64,000 nt of DNA from Entomortierella parvispora E1425 (taxonomy: Eukaryota > Fungi > Mortierellomycota), in contig BQFW01000011.1 in the NCBI GenBank assembly GCA_020891255.1, forward strand, positions 124,001-188,000. Direction: 5' to 3'. The stretch's first letter is position 1; each line of letters begins with the position of its first letter. The notes beneath the pieces were generated by a model. It was given only the letters and a program-made list of their open reading frames with translations, did not search any database and was not told where the DNA came from. Below, piece after piece: positions 55,261-64,000 of the stretch. A program made the position numbers and the translations under genes.

Positions 55261-56474
55261 TTTAGTTTTTTTTTTTGACCCCTCTCCTTAAATCTCTTTT
55301 TTTCTGGTCCCTGCCCTTGCATTGTTCCTCCCCTTGCATCTTTTTTTCTGTCCCTGCCCTTGCATTGTTCTTTTCTGTTCCTCCCCTTACATCTTTTTTT
55401 ATTTTCCCATCTCCCTATCCGTTTACGTTCATCCCGTCCTTTGTTATCCTAAATGCTTGTTGAGAAACAACTTTCGTGATTGGGTCCAAATTGTGAGAAG
55501 ATTAAAAAAAACAAAAATGGCTTGTGTGATGGTGGTTTTGCTTGAAGATCTAAGACTGTAAGTCCATTTGTGGACGGCAGTCTTCCTGTTGTCAAGTTCT
55601 TCCTGTTGTCAAGCTGGACATGGATGTGCCCCTTTATGGCATCTCTGCTTTTTTTCTGCATGCCTTTTCAACGTCCCTCCTTTCTAAGCTTGCCATTCCT
55701 GCAAGGCTGAAAAGGCTATAAGATATGCATGCTTACGATGGCTTGCAAAATACAAAGTTCAGAAGTGAATGTCAGGGAACATGGAGAAAAGTAGGTCAAA
55801 GGGAAGGGGGTTGCGACGTTGGAATCAGAGAGAAGGGGTGAGCAATTACGAGAGAGAATAGTCTGCAAAGTGCAAGGGGGAGAGGAGAGGAGACAGAGAT
55901 AGAAACAAGGACAGCCCAAAAAGCAGAGCTCGAAGGAGTGAAAAATGCACGAAACTGACAGCAGAGCGGGTGAGATGTGCACCTTTAGCACCAGCTTTAA
56001 TTCTCTTACCCTCCCCTCTACTCCGTTCATCATGTCGATCCCTTGAGCGCCGATTAGACTGTATAAACACCCCATCATCCTCTCTTCCCATGCCTCTCTT
56101 CTTCTTCCTCAGCACTTTCCCCTCTTCAACAAAGTAAGCAAAACCACTCTCCGGTCTGGCTCTTGGTACTTTTAACACACCGTGCCTGACCGCCATTTGT
56201 CATCCCATAGTAATCTCATATCCATATTTCTTTAAACCTCCCGTAGTCCACTGAAGACTTCGCCCCTATTTTTCAAATCAAGGCATACTGATCTACGGTA
56301 TTTAACGGACGTTATCCGACTCCCACTCTCTCTTTCTTTCTTTGCACTCTCTCTACCTGCAAACAATGTAAGTATATCACTTGATTGTCGTCCTATTTTG
56401 CATGAGGGTTTTTATATGGTTATGTTCACTCTTTTGACCTACTCTCTATTCATACCTAAACATTTACTAGCAAA

Positions 56475-57068
56475 ATGCATTTCTACACCGTCTTAATCCA
56501 TGCTGCCCTGGCGATATTTACCAGTGCTATCGCGATGCCGCCTAGCTTTCCACCAGACTGTAGCAACCTTGATGGGGCACTTGTTGGCATTAATTTGACA
56601 AGAACAGGCTCAGTGTGTGTAACTGTAGGCCAAAAATGCAGTAGTGCCACGGACTGTGTTGCTGACAAAAGCGTGTGCCCCAACTCAAAACTAAGAAAAA
56701 GGTCCCCCAAAGCTACGTGCATTGGCGGATTTTGTAGGATAACATATGCAGGATACACCGGTGGCCTCCCATTAACAATTCCCTACACCACACTCCCTTG
56801 TACCTGTCTCAATGGATGTCCCAACTCGTCGAGTCAGGCATATCATTTTACTTGTATTAACAACCAGTGTGTTGAAGACTGCACTCCGCTTGGATATAAA
56901 CCTGTCAAGTATGCGTGCTGTCAGTCATATGAAACGGTGGGCGGTGTCTGCACACGTTCCAAACCAGTTGGATGTATTGCTTCCATTGACTGTGGAGATG
57001 CGAGATACAAGGAGTGTTGTCGAGGAACTTGTGTTAATAAGGGTACCTGCAAGGTCAATCCAACTTAA
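56475..57068 (+). CDS. Secreted Cys-rich protein, 197 aa, 22 Cys
   Basis: Signal peptide MHFYTVLIHAALAIFTSAIA, kexin-like LRKR site, single coding exon. Confidence 0.8.
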   Translation: MHFYTVLIHAALAIFTSAIAMPPSFPPDCSNLDGALVGINLTRTGSVCVTVGQKCSSATDCVADKSVCPNSKLRKRSPKATCIGGFCRITYAGYTGGLPLTIPYTTLPCTCLNGCPNSSSQAYHFTCINNQCVEDCTPLGYKPVKYACCQSYETVGGVCTRSKPVGCIASIDCGDARYKECCRGTCVNKGTCKVNPT

Positions 57069-57493
57069 GGTTTACTACCATTGGACCAGCTCCCCAACTC
57101 CAGCCTAATATCCCCCGCGCCAATCCCTGCTTGCCTACAGCCTCTATGATCCTGTCAACCCACTCCAACCCCTGCTACTCCAACATAGTTACCATAGCCA
57201 GCCCCCCTCCCTCCAACTCTGCTTCTCCCTGTCCTTGTCCTCTCCTTGGTTTCTCCCTTGTATTCCCCCTCCGTGCCTATTACACTATTCGACCATGGTT
57301 TTCCCGATTCTCACTCATAGGTCCCACTCTTTGTCACCGTGACTAAAATGACCTCCGCCTTCTGTCGGCTTCCATCACGCTCTTCTCCGGATCATTCATA
57401 ACCAATGCGGGACTCGCCCGCCTACTAGTAATAAAACCCATAGACGCGACGCGACTTCATAGTTCCCCAGTCTGCAACTCAAAATATACATTA

Positions 57494-57745
57494 AAGCCTG
57501 CCTTTATCGGTGCCGGACTTATCGTCACGTCCAACATGAGCGCCCTGCACAATGTCATCAACGGGCCATTTGGCCACTGCAGCCCAATAAGATGGCAGCG
57601 GATTGTGATCAAACTGGAGGACGGGGCTTGCTTAGATTGGAACGACATCTCTGGCCCATATCTGAAGGAGGACTCTCTCGTCGTCTGCAGCTTACCTACG
57701 CAATGGTGGTTCATCGGTGCCATGGACTGGCGTTGGAGGGAGTTG
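57494..57745 (+). pseudogene. Pif1/Helitron helicase fragment paralogous to 1100-1400
   Basis: FIGAGLIVTSNMSALHNVING matches FIGAKVIVASNISALHNVING, and LQLTYAMVVHRCHGLALEG matches LQLAYTIQVHRCQGLTLGG. Confidence 0.75.
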
Positions 57746-58185
57746 TGTTGTTGGATTCTTTATTTTGATCGGGGTTGGCTTATTTTTCCGTGCTGGCTTT
57801 CCATTGCCCCTTCTCTCCCTGCCCTTGCTGTTCCTGCTTTTCCTGTGCTGGATTTCCATTGACCCTCTTGGTTTCCTCTGGGGTCGTGGTATAACTACAA
57901 GGGGTCGGGATTTGACGGAGAATGGCAGTTCACAAGTAATCAGCCATGCGCAGCCCATGCGATTTACGGTAATTCTCACTTGTAATCGTCAAATGTTGCG
58001 ACTTGAGGGGTACCTCCCATGGGACTGGTGTACCGAAAGGCAGTGCACTGAACCATGTTCAGTACATGTACATAAGAACGAGGCTGCCTGTGTGAAACTG
58101 AGAACGTATTAGTTTGCCCGTGTCTGTTGTGTCTCCCATCGTCTAATGTTGCATTATCCACAAAGGGTGGATGTTCCTCATTCCC

Positions 58186-58219
<34 letters not shown>

Positions 58220-59126
58220 AACAGGATTCATCACAGCTTGCGCTTTGGTCAAACATGATCATTTCAACCACGCCAACAGTGGACTTCTCAGGCGGTTGAT
58301 TGCGTTATGATCCATCACTCCAAACCCAAGGATCTGTATTGGGATATCTTTGTCCATCAGACACTCAGGCAAACAGGTTGTCAGGACCCTTGAAAAAATC
58401 TTTGTGCGACCAAAGTACAAAAAGTTACAGTGGCACTGCTAGATTCTTTCAAAAAAAGTACAATTTGTCGGTGCCGTTCCTGTGCTCAACGGTTCTGGAA
58501 GTGCTTATTTGATATTTCAGAGAATACCCAGCATTCTACATTTTCATCGTAGAGATCTAGGCTTGACTTTCTGAAAAGAAATCGAGGGCTCACATTTCTT
58601 TTTCTATTTCGCGATCGACGCCGCGTTGTGAAGCGGCGTCTCTGAATGCAGGAGTATCCGATAGTAGGCGGTGTATAGGTACACGAGAGTTGACGCCGCG
58701 TTGCCCCAACCTGGAGCGGCGTCTGAGCGTGAAAGAGCTTCCGAGCTTTTTGGCTTCAAATATGTATCTGGATACATCTTGCCAGTCAATCCTTCAAATG
58801 TGGGCGATGCAAATCATGCAAACTTAAACTAGAAAGGAAACAGCTCAGACTGCCAGACAAGAGGTATAAATACCTTCCAGCTTTCAACGGTTTCCCTACC
58901 TTCCTCACCTAACCCCCCTCCACAACCCAACCCAATCCAACCCAACCCACCTTCTAAACCACGTAAGTTCATTTCTATAGCATGTCCATTGTCCAATTGT
59001 ACATTCCAAAACATCACACAATACGTTTTACTATGCTCACTGCGCTTCAAGTGGATTTGTCACTATCACTGCTGACAGCCATTCATTCTTTTTTGGAAAA
59101 AAAACCAACTATAGCTTTAAGAAGAC

Positions 59127-59492
59127 ATGAAGTATCTTATTGCCTTGTCCGCGTTTGTGGCCTCCGTAGCCGCTTGGGAGGTCACCATCTACGAAAATGC
59201 CAACTATGGAGGATGGAGCAAGTCCTACTCCAACTCTTGGAACACCAACCAAAAGATTCTTTTGTCTGGATACCTCAATGATGCCACATCCAGCTTTATC
59301 TTCTCCGGTGACAGAAACGATTTGGATTTGAAGGTCAACAGCATCACCCTGTACAAGAACTACGACTCTGACGGAAATTGCAATGACCAAATTGGTTACT
59401 CTTGTGGAAGTTGGAGTGACAATCAGATTTCTGCAGCAAACAATGACCAATTGTCATGCATCCAGATTTCATACCATGTCTTTGGATGCTAG
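59127..59492 (+). CDS. Small secreted beta/gamma-crystallin-like protein, 121 aa
   Basis: Signal peptide MKYLIALSAFVASVAA. Two Greek-key-like motifs: VTIYENANYGG...NDATSS and ITLYKNYD..G...NDQLSC. Confidence 0.7.
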   Translation: MKYLIALSAFVASVAAWEVTIYENANYGGWSKSYSNSWNTNQKILLSGYLNDATSSFIFSGDRNDLDLKVNSITLYKNYDSDGNCNDQIGYSCGSWSDNQISAANNDQLSCIQISYHVFGC

Positions 59493-60150
59493 ATGGGAAT
59501 AGTTCTTCCACTTCGCATCTGTTTGCGTATCTCGTTCAATTTACGTGATTAAAAATAAAGCTTGGTGTTCTTACCAACATCGTGGGATTGGATGATTTCA
59601 ATGGCTGAACGTGCTTATGGAAATATCATTCTGTCAGCTGAAGCTGTACCAAGAACTTGAGGGTGAGTTGGTGCGGTAGAAAGCAGTGGAATACGCTATG
59701 CCACGAGATAGTCGCCAGAGAAAAGGGAGAGAGAACGACCAGTTGTCATGATCATAACTTTCGAAAAAAAACTGAAAAAGAGAACGCGCCCGCACCCGCC
59801 ATCGCGCCCAGTACATGATGTGGACCATTATTCTTTCGTTTTCTGCTACCTCTTCATGTTAGCGAAGTTGAAGCCATAAGATCTACCCAGGATAACCACT
59901 GCAAACGTAGGCTTTGTGTGGTGTATCAGTCACACAGACAAAACACGCAGGCTAGGGCATGTTGAAGTCCTGCAATGATCAATCTTGAGAAAGCTGTTCA
60001 AGCCCAGGTCTAGGACTGTGATAGCCTAGGGCCAAACCACGGGGCATCTCCGAAAAAAATGGGCTTCTACGACGAGTACAGGGCTCCCAATGGACATTTT
60101 TACGATCCTAGACTAGAGATCACAAGCGCCATCCCTTCTCCAGCCCACGT

Positions 60151-61290
60151 AAAAAAATGGCTTTCAGGCCCTGCACTCAGGGTCCCCAAGAGCGGTCTTT
60201 CACATAAGTTGGTTCTAGCCCGTGTAAAAAAATGGCTTTCACGCCCTCCACAAAGTTGGTGGCGTTGCTGAGCTCTAATTTAATTTGACTCCCCTTCTGC
60301 TTTCCTTTTCGCCTTTCCAATGCACTGCCCTTTCCACCGTCCTTTCCTCAGTTTCCTATATTCAAGTGCTTGCTTTGATGATGTTTTCTGCAGCCACAGG
60401 TATGCCACTGACCTGTCATCGACTGTCATTGACCTTTCATCGACTGTCATGACTTTTGGATGCACCTGCCAGAATACATGCTCTTGAGAGTGTTGCTTGC
60501 TTATGTATGTCCTGTTCTTGATGCTTTGTATCTATAGGTCTTTAGGTAGCCACTTGAAGACTGCTGTTGTGAGGTTAGCCGCTTTCCCGCCCCCGTTTCT
60601 CCCATTCCTTGCAGCATGGAGCTTGCATGCAACTCGCTGGAGCTCAATGTCGCACGCGAGTCTAACTCGGTTGGTGGCTTTTTTTTTTTTTTTCTGGTCC
60701 TTTTAGTCCCTGAGCAGCATCGCCAGCGGCTGGGTACTAACAACTTTTTTCACTCTTTTTCTCTCTTGGACATATGAGCTTGTCCAATAAGTTCTTGTTT
60801 GAAAGGTAGGTGTTCACATGTCAAAGCACAATCAGGACCGCCAAAAATGAACCTGCAATCAGTTTTGCGTACGATATTGAGGATGAGCGACAACACGCCA
60901 AAGTGATCATCCCTAGGAGTGCGACGGTGGAGCAACATCCTGCATATCAGTAGGAATGGACATGACCTTCAAGCCCAGGGGACATCCTGTCGAGATACGG
61001 GGATTTTGATCAATTCCGTTTATTTCATCTAGTCTACAGGAGGAGGAGCGGAAAGCAGAAAGCAAAGGCCTATCGACAAGGACCTTAGTGACAAAGTCGA
61101 AGGTCCTGGAGGATCAGGACACAATCCTGTTTGATACGGCTCCCGTGAGCCATTACAGTAACGAATCAAACTTGGTCGCCGCAAAGGAAATTGCGGGGGC
61201 ATGAAAGAGTTCAATGGCAGCGTTACTTTGAAAATGCATTCTAATAATAAGAGTTGATTTCTGATTCGACTTTTAGAGACGAGGAGGAGG
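60151..61290 (+). mobile_element. Unclassified ~1.1-kb interspersed repeat, copy B
   Basis: Reverse-complement match to 32480..33621. Terminal core 60168-60221 includes the hairpin CCCTG-CACT-CAGGG and lies between AAAAAAATGGCTTTCA direct repeats. Confidence 0.75.
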
Positions 61291-61421
61291 TTGTGTAATA
61301 TGGGCCAAAAAAAAAAAAAAAAAAAAAAAAAAAATGAGGCTGGCTTTGCATTGTAGGAGGTCCCCATGAGGAAGATAGGTCGCCCACGTAGAATCACGGC
61401 GGCGTAATGTCAAGAAGCCAG

Positions 61422-61530
61422 CAAAGAGGTTGCGACGATGGAGGGCGGCAATCATCTTGACCTTTGTGTTGGGGGAGCAGCGGGCCACCACACGAGGGAG
61501 TTCCTCGAGTCTGTCGATCTCATCGTCGTC
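61422..61530 (-). pseudogene. Isolated ~36-codon fragment of an ENA-type (P2D) Na+/K+ P-type ATPase
   Basis: DDEIDRLEELPRVVARCSPNTKVKMIAALHRR matches the fungal ENA V(I/V)ARCSP.TKV.MI.ALHRR segment. The expected AMTGDGVND does not follow. Confidence 0.75.
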
Positions 61531-61923
61531 CTTTGTCTGTTTGTTTGTTTCAGTTACCATTTTCTAGTCATTTAGGAGTAAAGCTGATGGATTGTTGAAC
61601 TTCTTAGCCGCAGTAGAGGACATGATCCATGACTCGAAGCTAGGACCATGATACGGTGGTCTCGGACTCTGGCAGCAAAGACGACGTCAAGGAGAAGGCG
61701 ATCGACTCTTCCGATTCAACAAAAGAAGGTGGCAAGAGCGGTGGCGAATAGGCCCGACTCGTTTTTTTATCCTAAGCCAAATGACACTTCAAAGAGGTCC
61801 CCATTATATTTTAGAAGAAATAAAGTGTTGGGACAGTTTTGTCATAGACTGCAGATCTACATAACCATCACTAAGTTATACGAGGAGAAAGGGAGAAGAG
61901 AAAGAAGTAAAAGTGTTTATTGA

Positions 61924-63342
61924 TTAAGCAGAGACAACCTCCTTGGTGTCGACGTGGTGGTCAGATCCAGCCTTAGTTCCGACGGATGACGATCCTTCGC
62001 GAGAGTTGACGGATGTACCTCGGTGGGAGTCAACCGACGAAACTTCTTGGAGAGAGTTACCTCTGCGCTTCTTGGCGAGTCCTCCTTTAAGCAACCAGAG
62101 AGCGAGGACGAAGCCAGCGACGGCCAAGGCGACCATGGCTCCAATGACACCAGCAACAACTGGGCTGACCCTGTGTCGACCTTCAGTGCTGTCAATACTG
62201 GCGTATCCTGCACCACCTGTACCGTTCAGGGCAGCAAGGGTTGCACATCCACGTTGCTCAGTCTCTCCACACTTGTTGCACCATTCGGCGAGGGTGTTGA
62301 GTGAATACGGCTCCATCTGCTCCACAAAGTCGGCAATGGGGTAGGAGTTGGCATCGGAGCTTCCAAAGAGAGCGTAAGGGGTGAAGGTGGCATTACTACC
62401 TCCAGTCTCGGTTCCGTTTCGGAACAAGAGTCTCATGGTGTTGTCAGTTCGGATTTCGATGATGGCAGCACTGGCGTAGTCAACAACGGAGTCCTTGAGG
62501 GGTGAAGGCAATCCCCACAAGTTGAAGAGCGACAAGAAGGGCTTGTACGAAATGGCAATGTAGCTGAACTTGAGCCCAGTAGTGGCGTTGGTAATCTCGT
62601 TGATGGCGGATAGGATGGGGGGCAAGATAGATTGACCGGCAACGTTTCCAACGTTGTTAAGATCATCGTCCGTGAAAGATCCAGCCTCATGGTAGTTAGC
62701 CCAGTATCTCGCCTGAGACAAGGCTTGGGCGCTGATCAGGGGCGACAAGGTGGCGTTATGGATGGACTCGACGTTGAGGAAGTCGAACAAATTCCAAGCG
62801 TTTTGAAGGGTGGCAGGTCGGTTACCCAAAATGCTCGACAAGCTCTCGAAGAATGGGTTGGCAATCTTGGCCTGAGCAGCAAACTCAGCAGAGTTGTACC
62901 ATGCGTTGAGGCGGTTGGTCCATCCACTGCAACCAGCGTATCCTTCCAACCAGATTTCCTGGTTAATCTCAATGGTCTCGAGTTCGACGGACTGAGCTCG
63001 GTCCCATGAAATGACGGTGCCGTTGGCCAAGGTGAGAGTCTCATTGTAAGGCGGGTAGAGACCTTGCAAGAAAGCGTTGGCAGAGTCAATGATGACGGTA
63101 CCTTCACCACCAGCATCGGCCATGGCATTAAGTTCGTTCCAGTAGTAGGTGTTGGGGTCGAGACCAGGGATGGCATTGGCACCAGACAAGTAAAGATTTC
63201 GGATATCTTGACCATTCTGGTACTCTTCCAAGTAACCCAAGATGGTCAAGTTGGTAGCCACCGCATTGTAGTTGGTGGGGGACTGGTAGAAACCTTGGCG
63301 GTCACCGTGACGGGTAAGGACAATAACACCAGCGACAGACAT
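61924..63342 (-). CDS. Histidine acid phosphatase (clade 2 histidine phosphatase) with C-terminal transmembrane helix, 472 aa, intronless
   Basis: Catalytic RHGDR, ADAGGEGTVIIDSA, many N-x-S/T sequons, TM helix VVAGVIGAMVALAVAGFVLALWLL followed by KKRR. Confidence 0.88.
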   Translation of the reverse strand: MSVAGVIVLTRHGDRQGFYQSPTNYNAVATNLTILGYLEEYQNGQDIRNLYLSGANAIPGLDPNTYYWNELNAMADAGGEGTVIIDSANAFLQGLYPPYNETLTLANGTVISWDRAQSVELETIEINQEIWLEGYAGCSGWTNRLNAWYNSAEFAAQAKIANPFFESLSSILGNRPATLQNAWNLFDFLNVESIHNATLSPLISAQALSQARYWANYHEAGSFTDDDLNNVGNVAGQSILPPILSAINEITNATTGLKFSYIAISYKPFLSLFNLWGLPSPLKDSVVDYASAAIIEIRTDNTMRLLFRNGTETGGSNATFTPYALFGSSDANSYPIADFVEQMEPYSLNTLAEWCNKCGETEQRGCATLAALNGTGGAGYASIDSTEGRHRVSPVVAGVIGAMVALAVAGFVLALWLLKGGLAKKRRGNSLQEVSSVDSHRGTSVNSREGSSSVGTKAGSDHHVDTKEVVSA

Positions 63343-64000
63343 GGTTGCAAAGGGATAGAGAGAGGAGAGGAGGTAAGGGAAGAGAAGAGGAGAGCAAAGG
63401 TGGTGCGTGAGTTGGAAGAAATGTGGGGGATCTGGGAAAGTTGGCCCTTCTTATAAGTTGCAAGAGGCTGCTTTTTATCCGGTCATAACGCCCATCGTTC
63501 GTATCGCCATTTCGACCTTTTGGATCGCTCATTCACTGTCATCCCTGCATACCCCGCTCCGTTGCCCCGTTCGCGCTTACAGCTCCCTCTTCTCACTCTC
63601 GGACCCACTTTTCTTAAGGCGTGTGTGGAAGAAATTTCCTGGGTCCTTCTTTAAGGCTACCCAATCGGAGGACTCTGTGTAACCTTGACCCACTTCCCAG
63701 TTTTTCTCCATGCTGTCCCTTTCCTCAAACAGGACATTCATGATCCACTGAGGATGTCCATGGGTCATGTTTATCCCGACACGGTGGCCCCCACTTTGAT
63801 CTGCTGGACATCCTTCGTGCATTTCAGAAAAAAACGGATAAACAACGGTTGGATGAGTGATTTTCTAGCGTGCACAGAAAAATAAGCTATTGCATTCCCG
63901 GAAGGAAGACACGGTGCCACATGGCGCCAGCAAAAACATTGAAAACGGTTCCGTTGAAGGCCTTTTCTGATTGTCTGACTCGATTCTCTCTATCTCTCTA

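Overview
Eukaryotic, fungal genomic DNA. It has GT-AG introns, many with long poly-T/poly-A tracts, and the overall style suggests a Mortierellaceae-like early-diverging fungus (inference from memory of such genomes, no search run). The window is a transposon-rich accessory region. Mobile DNA includes a frameshifted Tc1/IS630 transposase, four Helitron remnants, a decayed chromodomain Ty3/Gypsy pol, a 355-bp fold-back MITE inserted in an ORF, and a 1.1-kb unclassified repeat in two inverted copies whose 55-bp terminal core occurs three times. Recognisable genes: a siderophore-type MFS transporter with four upstream ATCTGATA (SreA/Fep1-type) boxes, an intronless MgtA-like P-type ATPase, an MDR-family reductase, a Gfo/Idh/MocA oxidoreductase, an MPG/AAG-like glycosylase, a histidine acid phosphatase, a ~1646-aa secreted mucin-like protein, and several small Cys-rich secreted proteins (one built from tandem 13-nt microexon modules, one beta/gamma-crystallin-like). 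The most notable element is a five-exon gene at 50426-54969 (~1395 aa) that fuses an N-terminal FEN1/XPG-type PIN+H3TH nuclease to a C-terminal Fanzor/TnpB-type RuvC-C4 zinc-finger module. It is followed directly by stem-loops that could be an omega-RNA scaffold. This copy carries one in-frame stop and one frameshift. Several genes look Ascomycota- or Basidiomycota-like and abut repeats, so horizontal transfer versus chimeric assembly must be tested. No rRNA, tRNA or CRISPR array was recognised. All exon models were made by eye.
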